This document shows positions 39,275-51,816 of a DNA stretch of 64,000 nucleotides, piece after piece (the first letter of the stretch is position 1; every line of letters starts with the position of its first letter). Below the pieces are notes generated by a model. That model was given only the letters and a program-made list of their open reading frames with translations, was not told where the DNA came from and made no database searches. The position numbers and the translations under genes are program-made. The stretch comes from Octopus sinensis (taxonomy: Eukaryota): positions 172,174,001 through 172,238,000 of the forward strand of contig NC_042997.1 of assembly GCF_006345805.1 (NCBI RefSeq). The letters are read 5' to 3'.

Positions 39275-39575
39275 CCTTTTTGAAGCCTAGCCAGGCTCAT
39301 GGGCCCAGTTTCCCAGTTTCTGTGGTGTATGTGTTCCCCCCAGGTGAACAGGACGCCAGTCCATTGCAGTGTTACTCAAGAAACAGGAAGAGAGAGTTAG
39401 AGAAAGTTGGGGTGAAAGAGTACAACAGGGGTCGCCACCACCCCCTGCTGGAGCCTTGTGGAGATTTTAGATGTTTTCACTCAATAAACACACACAACGC
39501 CCGCTCTGGGAATCAAAACCATGATCCTCTGACCATGAGTCCACTGCCCTAACCACTGGGCTATTGCACCTCCAC
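39275..39575 (-). mobile_element. SINE family 5 (head GGAGGCGCAATGGCCCAGTGGTTAGGG) with tail B
   Basis: Other family-5 copies: 52670-52970, 56270-56550, 57026-57305 (tail C), 60545-60915 (tail A). Confidence 0.85.
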
Positions 39576-40084
39576 ATTTGTCATACACAGAGATGATATT
39601 CTCTGTTAACCTTCCTGTGATACTGCTATACCTCTTATATGCCCAAAGCTTGCACTGAGTACAACATAGGAAGTTTCTACAAACACCCTTTATATATATA
39701 TATATATATACACCATCCGAGTGTGACCGTCTGCCAGCCTCGTCTGGCACCTGTGTCGGTGGCACATAAAATCACCCACTACACTCTCGGAGTGGTTGGC
39801 GTTAGGAAGGGCATCCAGCTGTAGAAACACTGCCAGATCTGACTGGCCTGGTGCAGCCTTCGGGCTTGCCAGACCCCAGTTGAACCGTCCAACCCATGCT
39901 AGCATGGAAAGCGGACGTTAAACGATGATGATGATGATGATGATGATATATATTTATTTAACCTTGTTTTAATTACTGTTATCGTTGATGCAACTATATT
40001 ATAGGACCACCTTGAGTGAATACAGGACATTCATTCAAAATTATTACAAACTCAACATGTCAATAAGAAAATAACAATACGTCC

Positions 40085-40385
40085 TGCGTTAGAAGCAAGA
40101 ATTAAGGCTGGTTGCTCTGCTGGAAAATGAATTCTTGCTGGACTGCTTAAACTATGTGAGGAAATTGGAAATTAGTGGATAAATAAATCAATAGGATTAT
40201 AGGAATAATTACTTTATTGGACCCGTTTCTTAATGTTTTTTTTTATTATTGATTAGTTTTCAAAGGCAATAAATGGTAAAAGTAAGGCAATGGGATATCT
40301 CATGAACCATTGAAAATTATAAGCAAAAAGCTAAAATGTGTGTAGGAGTTTTGATAGTTTTTATCCAGTTGAAGCCTGGAGCAGA
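40085..40385 (+). repeat. Unclassified AT-rich interspersed repeat, three copies
   Basis: Shared AGCAAGAAT..CTGGCTGCT.TGCTG..AAATGGATTC; copies at 52165-52480 (-) and 62705-62990 (+). Confidence 0.75.
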
Positions 40386-40441
40386 ATGTTGCTTATAATA
40401 CACTATATATGATATGATATGCTATACATACACACACACAC

Positions 40442-40476
<35 letters not shown>

Positions 40477-40502
40477 TATAGATATAGTACATATATATAT
40501 AC

Positions 40503-40547
<45 letters not shown>

Positions 40548-40875
40548 ATATAGTACACACTAGTTTATCTTCAATGAAACCATAAAAGATATGAGATATA
40601 GAATGTAGGTATTTCATTGGTTTGAACCGGATTGTAATTAATGTTCTGAATCCTCACCATTATCATCATCATCATCATCAGCAGCAGTAGCAGCATCATT
40701 TTAATGTCCTTTGACAGGTCAGATGACAATTGCTGAGGCAGGTTTTCTGAGAAGAGCAAAGTAATAATTCCCAATGGCAAAACTATGTTTTTGCCTAATA
40801 TTGGAAATAAATGACATTCATTTACAAAATCACATGATGTCACTTCAAGGAGACACCAAAATATACATGTACATA

Positions 40876-40951
<76 letters not shown>

Positions 40952-41461
40952 TGTCAGTCTGTCTGTCTGTCTCTGTGTTTTGTGTGGGTGTGTGCATGTA
41001 TGTATTTATGTATAACATTATTCAGTTTTATTTCAAGATTTTTTGCCAATAGAGAAAGAGCCAGTTTCTAAAATATCAACAGCAGAGTACGTAAGTATGT
41101 ATGTATGTATGACTGGTACAACACCAAGCTTCATTTCACAGGTGGTATGGTACAGTGAATAGCAGGGAGGGGTAAAAGGTTAATGATGTGATAAAGAAAG
41201 CACAAGATGGAGACTAAATAGAAACATGATGGATAAGATATCCAATATTGATATAGCAAACATAGTTATTTTCTAGCGTAAACATTTTAGATAAAGCATA
41301 CTATATATATATATATATTTTTTTTCGTTTCTGTATTTGGCTACAAGATTCTTGATGTGAACTCATATTAATTCAAACATACATTGTTGTATCTCAGGAG
41401 AGTCATGCCACCAATAATAAACACACGCACTATGTGTGTGTGTGCGTGTATGTGTGTGTGT

Positions 41462-41517
<56 letters not shown>

Positions 41518-42393
41518 TTATTGACATAATGGCCCTTCAAAGATACAACAAAATATTATAATATTATATATGTATATGTATATATACTTATATATGTATA
41601 CATATTGTCGTCTGAATGCTCGGAATGAGGAGTAAATAGACAGCCAACAACTGATGAAGGGTCCTTTTTCTGTGTAAACTTGTCCTGTTTTCCATTTTTA
41701 CTTGTTGTTTATGTATTTCACTTGTTTCTTTCTTTTGTTATTACTGTCCATGTCTTGCATCTATCTCTTGTGTGCATGTTATTTGGACTGTTGGCAATGT
41801 CCTGTACCCATATATGCATGTACATATTTCATCATCATCATCATCATTTAGCGTCCGCTTTCCATGCTAGCATGGGTTGGACGGTTCAACTGGGGACTGC
41901 GAAGCCGGAAGGCTGCATCAGGCCCAGTCTGATCTGGCAGTGTTTCTACGGCTGGATGCCCTTCCTAACGCCAACCACTCCGAGAGTGTAGTGGGTGCTT
42001 TTTATGTGCCACCCACACAGGTGCCAGACGGAGCTGGCAAACGGCCACGAATGGATGGTACTTTTACGTGCCACCGGCATGGGGCCAGGCAAGGCTGGCA
42101 ACAGTCACGAACGGATGGTGCTTTTACGTGCCACCGGCACGGGGGCCAGGCGAGGCTAGCAACGGACATGAACAGATGGTGCTTTTACGTGCCACCGGCA
42201 CGGAGGCCAGACGGGGTGGCACTGGCAACGGTCACGATCGGATGGTTCGCTTAACCACAGCTGCAATTTCCACTGATGTTGATCGACCTCAATTTTGGTT
42301 CTGCTTTCTGATATCTGATTTGATTTGGTTTGATTTTGATTTTGATTTTGACTGTTCTCACTGGTCTTGCTGGGTCTTCTCACGGGTCTTCTC

Positions 42394-42427
<34 letters not shown>

Positions 42428-42435
<8 letters not shown>

Positions 42436-42655
42436 ATTATGGCTTAGTAAAATAAATTACTTTGCCACATACTGAACTTAGTAGAAATAGCAGCCAAAAA
42501 AAATTTTTTTAGCCATTTCTACTACTTAAAGAAAATTTCTCTCAGATAATGTTTACTCCAGACAGCTCACGAAAGTTTGGAGGTAAATACAGAAAAATAT
42601 CACAAGTACATAGATCGTTTGAGTAATTTATTTTACTAAGCCCTAATTATATAAT
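42428..42655. mobile_element. Fold-back/MITE-like element with 34-bp inverted ends
   Basis: ATTATATAATTATGGCTTAGTAAAATAAATTACT vs its complement at 42622-42655, one mismatch. Confidence 0.8.
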
Positions 42656-43694
42656 GTAATATTTTGAATTCGCCTTAAATGGTCCTTTTACATACTGAAC
42701 ACTTGGTGAAATTGATTAATTAATTTTACCCTCAATTGTTGATATATATATATATATATATAATATAATATAATATAATTCAAAGAGAGTTAGAGGTTGT
42801 CAATCCAACCAAGGGATATTATCTATCCAATATACTTCTGGTAGAATACCTAATTAATACACAAGTGTTGGTTATTGCGTGGTAATTCCACAACTGAGTA
42901 TAATAATTAGGCAACAATCAGTATCTAACGTCTGTATCTGCATTTATTTGTTAGTCACTCTGCTAATTCTTCTGATGGGTAATTCCATGAACTCTTTGCT
43001 GGACAGTAAAAATTGTCTGAAGCATATCATCCTCATGCTTGTCGTCATTTAACATCCGCTTTCCATGATGGCATGGGTTGGATGGTTTGACTGAGGACTG
43101 GCAAACCAGAAGGCTGAAGAGAAGAGAAGAGAAACCTGGCACCAATCTCATCTGGCAAGGTTTCTACAGCTGGATGACCTTCCTAACACCAACCACTCTG
43201 AGAGTGTAGTGGGTGCTTTTTATGTGCCACTGGCACTGGGGCCAGTGAAGTGACACTGGCTGTAACCACACTTGAATGGTGCTTTTTATATGTCACAGGC
43301 ATCAGCCATGCTCAAATGGTGCTTTTTACATCCCACTGGCACAGGAGCCAGTTAGGCAGCACTGGCTTCAGCCACACTCGAATGGTGCTTTTTACAAGTC
43401 ACCAGTACAGGACCCAGTCAGGCGACATGAGCATCAACCACACTCGAATGGTGCTTTTTACATGCCACTGGAATGAGAACCAATCAGATGGCACTATATT
43501 ATTACTAATAAGAATAAAGAGTATGTAGATTAGTACATCCACCAAATTTATTGTATCATTATATACAGTATATTATAATGACCTACACATGTTTCTGCCA
43601 TAGCGACTATTCACTATGCAACCTTACAATACTGTCAATACAGCTTCATCAGGGTCAGTCCATTTGATCGTCCTCGAAATGAACTGATTGAAGT

Positions 43695-43726
<32 letters not shown>

Positions 43727-43748
43727 AGTGAAGGCGTGTACCTTAGGG

Positions 43749-44028
43749 TAGTGCTACTCAAAGTGGTGGTCCATGGACCGATGCCAGTCCATGAGCCATC
43801 AACTGCCGGTATGCGGTGAGTTTCCAGAAAAGAAAGAAACATTATAAAATGCTTATGTAATATTGTATTATTTGTCAACTTTCATTATATTAAATTGTCA
43901 ACTTTTATTATATTCATTATATATATTGTTTCCGGTATAAATTAATATTACCAAGAAATATTACCAGTCCCTGATAGATTGGAAAAAATACTACCAGTAC
44001 ACCACATCAGATAGTTTGAGAAGCACTG
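43749..44028. mobile_element. hAT-type MITE inserted in the A-box of a SINE-3 (43725-44300, +)
   Basis: TIR TAGTGCTACTCAAAG vs CAGTGCTTCTCAAAC; degenerate 8-bp TSD CCTTAGGG / GCTTAGGA. Confidence 0.75.
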
Positions 44029-44654
44029 GCTTAGGAGGCTAGGGTATTTGGTTCATGGTTGGGAGGTTGTGAGTTCAAATCCTAGAAGCACGTTATGTCC
44101 TTCAGCATCACACATTATTTCATGTTGCTCCAGTCCACTCAACCAGCAAAAACAAGTTGTACCTGTAATTAAAAAATCCACCCTATAAGTGTGCATATGT
44201 CTGTGGAGTATTCAGCCACTTGCACATTCATTTCACAAGCAGGCTTTTTTCCATTGATTTGATTAACTGGGACATTTATCATCTTAACTAACAGAGTGCC
44301 AGTTGTGTGTGTGTGTATGTGTGTGTGTGTGTGTGTGTGGCTGTGTGGTAAGAAGCTTGCTTCCCAGCCACATGGTTCTGGGTTCAGTCCCACTGTGAGG
44401 CACCTTGGGCAAGTGTCTTCTACTATAGCCTCGGGCCAACCAAAGCCTTGTGAGTGGATTCAGTAGACAGAAACTGAATATATATGTTTGTCCCCCAACC
44501 ATCGCTTGTGTTTGCATCCCTATAACTTAGCGGTTCGGAATAATTACCAGACTTACAAAGAATAAGTCTGAAGGTTGATTTGTTTGACTATAGGTGGTGC
44601 TCCAGCATGGATGCAGACAAACGGCTGAAACACTAAAAGAATAAAAGAATAAAA

Positions 44655-44702
<48 letters not shown>

Positions 44703-44704
<2 letters not shown>

Positions 44705-45935
44705 CAAAGTGGAGTTGTGGGGTACCGCACGAGTGGAATTATATACGAAAGAAGGTTTGAAAATGCAATTTAAAAGATGTTTATTTACTTTACCGGTTTC
44801 ACTCTTTGGAAAAAGATTGTCAAAAGTAACATGTGGAAGTTTGGTTGCGTTAATTATTGGTTGTTGCAAATTGCTACATTACATATATATATACAGTCTT
44901 TGGTAACAGGGACATGTTAAGGACATAAAAAAGTTCAACAAGTTCCTTAAAATATTGGGCAAAAAAGATTACATAAATGCATACACACACACACACACAA
45001 CACACACATATATACATATATATAACACATCTACACATATAAATACATACACACACACAATGCACACACACACACACACACAACGCACACACACACAACC
45101 CACACAACACACACACACATACATAACATACATATATATAATGCATGCGTGTGTGTGCCGCGTATGTGTGTGGTCAATGTCTGCTAGTGCGCCCTATGTG
45201 TGCTGATGCGTGCATGTGTCTGCTTGCATGATACGGTGTAAGTGTGCGTGTGTATTTGTGTGTTTGTTCTGGATGTGTGCTTGGGGGGTATGTTAGAGTA
45301 TGTTTAGTTGTGGTCTGTATTTTTGCATAAGATTACTTTCCCTATTTATTCGTGTTTGGTCTGTGGTGTTGTCCGAGCATTGGTATAGTGGGAAGACTAA
45401 GAATTTGGGGGACTTATTGTGTGCACAAAGGTCTAAGTGTCCACTTAGTGGTATCTGTCTTGTGGAGGGGTCCCTCAGTTGTTGTCGGTGAACTGTCATT
45501 CTTTCTCTGAGGATAAGGCTCGTTTGCCCTATGTAGTCTCCGTGGCACCCTTCACACCTTATGACGTAGAGTAAATTTTTTGATGCGCACGTGAAATTAT
45601 TTTTTATGATGAATGTGTGTCCCGACCAGAACTTGTACGTCGATCCCTCAATGAGGTGGATGCAAGTCCTGCAGTTGGGGCGACCACATTTTTTGATGGT
45701 GGGCGGTGGGTTTGTGTTGTGTAATTTTGCATTGGTGAGGAGGTTTTTTAGGGATTTAGGCTGTCTCTTACTTTTTATTATTTTATGAGCTGCCAATATG
45801 TAATGTAGCAATTTGCAACAACCAATAATTAACGCAACCAAACTTCTACATGTTACTTTTGACAATCTTTTTCCAAAGAGTGAAAGCGGTAAAGTAAATA
45901 AACATTTTTTAAATTGCATTTTCAAACCTTCTTTC

Positions 45936-45940
<5 letters not shown>
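44703..45940 (-). mobile_element. 5'-truncated Penelope-like element (Cys-linker, Neptune-like) with inverted terminal duplication
   Basis: GIY-YIG 45293-45795: CGRPNCRTC..LLYVIRCEGCHGDYIGQT..RERMTVH..RE..L.PQLN; inverted repeat 44741-44886 / 45796-45940. Confidence 0.9.
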
Positions 45941-45970
<30 letters not shown>

Positions 45971-46105
45971 TGGTATATTCCGTTAGGAATATGGAAGAAT
46001 ACAGTAGACAGCTCGTTCATGTATAATCTCATATAAGTGTATATGTTGAGTGGTGCATGTGTATATGTATGCCTATGAATATATATATATATGATGATAT
46101 ATATA

Positions 46106-46141
<36 letters not shown>

Positions 46142-46285
46142 AAAAGCAATTAAGATTCAAGTCAATTCTAATGAATTTACTTGAATGCGGTACTTAACTT
46201 AGATGCACCAGAAAACTATATGGTGTTAACCATACAGTAATGTGGGGTGATTATAAACGAGAAAGAAGCAACAAGAATGGATTAG

Positions 46286-46378
46286 TTTTTAGTACAATTG
46301 TTTCATACAAAGACAGGCTTTATTAAAAGTTGCAAATATTGCAGCAGATAAAAGTGTCCCATACTCATCAGCTAAAAC
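46286..46378 (-). ncRNA. Type I hammerhead ribozyme (sense to the element)
   Basis: TTTTAG-CTGATGA-GTATGGGACA..TGTCTTTGTAT-GAAAC-AATT-GTA-CTAAAA; catalytic core intact. Confidence 0.85.
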
Positions 46379-48829
46379 ACATATGAGTTCTCCAAACATC
46401 TTAGTGGGTGAGGCTACACTCATGAAGTATTGGAGATAATTCCATTAAAAGCAGATTTAGGTTGTAAACAGACTTCCGAAGTTCTTTAATGATGATGTAC
46501 AGTCTTATCACAGGTTTTTAAAGAAAGCTTATTAGCTTCACAGAGAAGGTGAATTAATCCGTAGTGTAGATGTAAATTTCCAGAGATATGAGGAGGAATT
46601 TCATACTCACAGACGATGAATTTATCCATGGTTAATCCACAATGAGGTGGGTATAATTTCATGCTATATGATAAGGTATTTGTCACATTACTGTTCTCTT
46701 CACAAGACTGCTATGTTATGACTTCTAAAGGCTGAAGGAATTTTTGTGGAGCAAAGAAAAGAAAAGAAAGGAAAGAGAAGAAAAGAGACAAGGAAAAGGA
46801 AAAAAAGAAAAAGAAAAAAGAAAAAGGAAAAGAAAAAAGGGGAGAAGAAAAGAAAAAGAAAAAAGGAAAAAGGGGAAGAAGGGAGAAAAGAAAAAACGCT
46901 CACATAGAGTATACTGTGACAACTGAGAGGGAAAGGGGTCGCAGGTGGCCCACTACACAGAAGAATTTGTAGACGGCCTGGCTGGCTTCGAATTTGCAGG
47001 AATCTAAGAACTATAAGGAGAATATTATTTTTGACCAGTAAACAGCTATTTTATTGCCAACCTGACGTAGCTGAAAGCAGATATGAGAATCTAAAGAGAT
47101 AACAAGGTCAGGGATAGAGGGGTCAAAGGCTATCATCAAATGGAAATACATTAAGAGAAAAAATAAGTGCAATCCTAACAAGAGGTCATTTAAATTTATT
47201 TATTTATTTATTTCTGTTACTGTCTTAAATTGTTGTCGTTACTATCTATACATTGACAGACTACAGGTCAATACTTAGAAGTTAGTTTACAAGGTGTGAG
47301 GGAATTGCCTATTATATTGAAATTTCTCATACTACTTTCAAGGGAGTAGCATTACTTATTTAATTTTGTAATAGAATTATGAAGCCTTAGTAACTTATTT
47401 TATTAAAGTTGTGTTACCTAAATTAGATTAAATTAAAAATTAAAAATTAAAATTAAAATTAAATAAAACTTCATTTAAGCAACGTACAAGTACTATTTGT
47501 TTCCTTGTGCTCAAAATCAGGTGCAGTTATAAAGAAAGAGATAACTGTAGTGTGAGAGCTCGCAGTTATCTACTTAAAAAATTAAAGTTATGCTATTCTA
47601 GTAAAAAACAAGCTATGGATCTTTTCAAATTTGTGGCCAGGACCCCAGATCTTTCTAGTTAACTAAATAATTTGAAACTTTGTGTACTCATAGAGTGGAA
47701 CTAGTTTATTCGCCAGTTGGAACTAGTTTATTTGAGAAAAATCTATTTTATGACTTTAATCGTAGATTAAAACTGCGAATTTTAACCAATGAGATTGCTT
47801 GTTTTCATATCTAAAACGTTACTGCGATCTGTTAGTGTGACGTTGAAAGCAGTTTTGTGACATCTGCTATTTCTAAAAAGCTTTGTGTGTGGTAAAGTAA
47901 TTTTTTTACTTTACCATATTTTTATAAATTATATCGGAGAATCCATATTTTTATAACATATATCGGAGAATCCATGTGATTTTTCGTTGTTTTTCTCTTA
48001 TACGTATGTGAATTATTTCTGAGTATGCATTGTCTGGGAGACTTTTTCTTGCAGTTGAGAAATTTTTGGCTGCTATTTCTAAAAAGCTTGGTGTGTGGTT
48101 AAGTAATTTTTTTACTTTACCATATTTTTATAAATTAATATATATATATATATAATTTTTTACTCGGTGTATGTGTATATGTATGTCTGCATGTGTGTGT
48201 GTATGTATGTGTGTGTGTGTGTGTAAGTATGTGTAAAAAATTACATTGAATCGGCCATACATACATACATACATACACATACACAGATACATACACACAT
48301 ACATTCAGGCATATACACATACACCGAGTAAAAAATTTCAGTTATCTCTCTCTTTCACACATTACTCTCTCTGTCTCTTCACACACACTAACAGAAGCAC
48401 TTCACTTACACAACATACTGTCTCCCACACCCCATCAAACACACACACACACACATGTACATCAATGCTTCCCCTAGACGGTAACTTCAAAGACAAACTT
48501 TTGTTATTAGAAGGTGGCTGACTATAGCTTGTTTACATTGTTTAATACGTCACGAAATTGGTGGTCGAGACGGAGTAAATAAAATAAAGCCGAATGACGG
48601 AATATCATTGGTTAAAATTCTAATTATTAAACAACGTTAAACTTAGAAGTTACAATTCCGTTTTCATTCTGGTTTACAATTAAGTTTACTTTTGACACAT
48701 TCTACCAGTATACGAAGTTTCAAATTGTTTGGTTCAGTAGGAAAAATTTGAAAAAACTGGCTTCAGAATAGAAAAGATCCCAAGCTATATCTATCTATCT
48801 ATCTTGTTACGATTATTCTATACGGTTAT

Positions 48830-50260
48830 TCATTTAAAATATTTTAGAGTCTTCAATTTTGCGTGGACACAAACTTGACCTAATTCAATATGGTTATTTA
48901 ACAAACCCTTATTTTTTCTATGCTTTAGAATTTCATACGTCTCCATGGAGCAGAGTTGGCAACCAACCCTGTTATTTTTATACGGCATTGCTCTTCTAAC
49001 TATTTCCCAATTAAGGTTATAATTCCTATTATTATTTTTGCGTTCCCAGATCTTATTTGAAAGTGTGGTGGTACCAGCTTTATGACGTAATTTCAAAGAT
49101 GAGACGTGGTTTCTAACTCTATCTCTAAAATTTATCGTACAACCAATGTAAAAAAATTTGTTATTCTCAGTAGATATGGTACATTTATAGATTACGTTAT
49201 TTACCCCGCATAGACCAGGTGCCGGGCATTTTGACTTAATTCTACACTTACACGCAGGAGGATCAACTTCAGATGTTGGATTATTCATGGATAGATGTCT
49301 TATGTTCCTGTTATTTTGATTATCATGAGTATAATTATCTTTATTATTTTTATTATTTTTATAGTTGGTGCTGTTATCTAAAGCATTGTTATTATTTATT
49401 GATCCTATTGCTCCATCTTTTAGGTCTAAAGTCCTACCATGATTATTTACATTATTGGTATTGTTACTATTATTGCTAGTATTTTTATCTGAATGTATAT
49501 TGTTGTTATAGATATCACTGATATTTTCATTCTCTGTATTTTCTCTATTAGCCTTACTTCTATTATTAACATTATTACTTCTATTAATATCAATATTATT
49601 ATTACTCCTATTAATATTAATATTATTATTAGTCATTCTGTGGTTACTGATTCCACCCATGTTTTGATGGTTACTATTGTTGCGTTTATTGTTGGTAGTA
49701 TTATTATAATTGTTATTGGTATTCATGTTGGTATTTTTATTTTTATTTTTATCTTTCCTGGCTAGCTTAATGTTGTTATTATTAATCTTAGCTATTAAAG
49801 TGGACATATTTGGGAGGGTTGAATAAGAAATCCTAACTGTTTTTTTAGAAATAATTCTATGATATCTATGAGAGATTGGGAAATTTTTTTCTAGAATTAC
49901 TTTGAATTTGCTCTGTATATCCGATTGAATCGCACAGTTGAAAGGAATATTCAGCCATATTATATCTTTCTTATTAAATTTCCTTGAATTAGAATCAGGG
50001 TTCGTTGAATTATTACTATTCTTCTCACCAGAGTCATTGTATTTATTACCATTATTTGTATGCATCTTTGATTTATCTAATTTGATTTTATCTGAGTTAC
50101 CTATGCTTTGGTCTATGCTTCTATTTGTATTATTGGGCTTGTACGCTAGATTTGCGGTTACCGTGAATCTACTTCTACTTCTATTTCGGGCCTGGTCTAT
50201 ATTGCTGCTTACGTGATTACTGATAACTTCTTTATTAGGAATATGTAAGTTCCCCTTATC
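48830..50260 (-). CDS. Penelope-like ORF: linker, Asn-rich insert and GIY-YIG endonuclease (RT core missing)
   Basis: IIWLNIPF..SYSTLPNM; CKC..CP...C..VIY..YIGCT..R..NH..CQLC..E..LLN..C.H; by hand the frame stays open about 65 codons upstream of the listed ATG at 50065. Confidence 0.9.
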   Translation of the reverse strand, partial: DKGNLHIPNKEVISNHVSSNIDQARNRSRSRFTVTANLAYKPNNTNRSIDQSIGNSDKIKLDKSKMHTNNGNKYNDSGEKNSNNSTNPDSNSRKFNKKDIIWLNIPFNCAIQSDIQSKFKVILEKNFPISHRYHRIISKKTVRISYSTLPNMSTLIAKINNNNIKLARKDKNKNKNTNMNTNNNYNNTTNNKRNNSNHQNMGGISNHRMTNNNININRSNNNIDINRSNNVNNRSKANRENTENENISDIYNNNIHSDKNTSNNSNNTNNVNNHGRTLDLKDGAIGSINNNNALDNSTNYKNNKNNKDNYTHDNQNNRNIRHLSMNNPTSEVDPPACKCRIKSKCPAPGLCGVNNVIYKCTISTENNKFFYIGCTINFRDRVRNHVSSLKLRHKAGTTTLSNKIWERKNNNRNYNLNWEIVRRAMPYKNNRVGCQLCSMETYEILKHRKNKGLLNNHIELGQVCVHAKLKTLKYFK

Positions 50261-50398
50261 AATAAATGTAATCTTTTGGTTTCATCATTAAAGAACTTCG
50301 GAAGTCTGTTTAGAACCTAAATCTGCTTTTAATGAAATTATCTCCAATACTTCATGAGTGTAGCCTCACCCACTAAGATGTTTGGAGAACTCATATGT

Positions 50399-50491
50399 GT
50401 TTTAGCTGATGAGTACGGGACACTTTTATCTGCTGCAATATTTGCAACTTTTAATAAAGCCTGTCTTTGTATGAAACAATTGTACTAAAAC
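50399..50491 (+). ncRNA. Type I hammerhead ribozyme (antisense copy in the inverted repeat)
   Basis: Stem I GTTTTAG/CTAAAAC; CTGATGA 50406-50412; GAAAC 50473-50477; palindromic stem III ACAATTGT; GUA cleavage triplet. Confidence 0.88.
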
Positions 50492-51344
50492 TAATCCATT
50501 CTTGTTGCTTCTTTCTCGTATATATATATGTATGTATGTATGCATGTGTAGGTAAATGTATGTGCGTGTATGTATATGTGAGTGTATGAGTGGTGTATTT
50601 AGGCATATTTACATAGGTTTGTGAGTGGGAGAGTATATTTGAGTCTGTGTGTGTATGTATATATGTATCCGACCACGAAAATACTGAAGGTCAGCTAGTG
50701 AAATTCACATGTGTAGCCAATGATAAAGAACAGGTCAGCAACTAGCTGGTACCAAAATAACCATCCACTACAGTCCACCAAATGCATTCTGGTAGCAAGC
50801 AACATGTGTCTACTGGCTGCAACTGAATTCAAACCAAGATGGACAGAGGGGATTGCCTTGAAGTTGAAGATTTTAAACTAACAGAGACAACACTAGAATA
50901 TATCACCTGAGAAAACACAACTAGAACTCATTATGCAAACAAACAGTTGCATAATCAAATATCTGTGTTTTTGGAGAACTGTGTCATATGAAACCTTTGT
51001 AGGGATCAAATGATGATCATCATTTGACATCCGTTTTTCATGCTTGCATGTGTTGGACGGTTTGACATAGAGCTGACCAGTCAGGGAACTGTCCACACTC
51101 CATTACCTGTTGTGGCATGGCTTCTATGGCCAGATGCACTTCTTAATGCTAACCACTTAACAGAGTGTGCTGGGTAATTTTCACATGTCACTGGCATGGG
51201 TACATTTATGCAGCTCTGGCATGGGTGCATTTTATGTGGTATCAGTACCTGCAAAGGACAAACTCATTGTAAATATACTCATTGTAAACCTTCACAAGTA
51301 TAATGATGATCATACATATATATAGATAGATATAGATATAGATA

Positions 51345-51714
51345 TATGAGCAAAACGCCCCCCCCCCGTCCAATGTCAAACCAAATTTTCTCAAAACAAC
51401 TTATCCGACCATCCCATTTTGTGGCATTATTTCAAGCCACCCAGCTTTTTTTGCACAAACTGAATGTGCATTTTTCTTGTGTATGCGTAGTATTGATCGC
51501 AACAGCTGATGTACTTACGCATACAAATGCACGTTCCCACGGCTTTATCGATCACATTCTCACCTGGAATCGATTTTTGCAATTTTTTCAAGACTTATAC
51601 ACACCCTAATACCGTCGGTATCTACATATCAAATTTGAGCACAATCAGATGGAGGATGCCCAAGATCCTAGAAGACACACACACAGACAGACAGAACAGA
51701 TTTTATATAATAGA
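51345..51714 (-). mobile_element. Helitron-like 5' fragment
   Basis: A|TCTATTATATAAAA start followed by (CTGT)n/(TG)n as in the 23201 elements; no CTAG end seen. Confidence 0.55.
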
Positions 51715-51733
51715 TATGTATAGATAGATAGAC

Positions 51734-51816
<83 letters not shown>

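Larger units (their letters stand above)
46225..50519 (-). mobile_element. 5'-truncated Penelope-like element with 239-bp inverted terminal duplication
   Basis: Inverted repeat 46257-46495 / 50282-50519, each copy carrying a hammerhead; GIY-YIG ORF between them. Assignment of 46500-48800 to the element is inferred. Confidence 0.8.

Noticed and set aside
45796-45925. N-terminus of the 210-aa ORF as real protein
   Set aside because: It is the inverted copy of 44741-44886 fused in frame by chance at the truncation point
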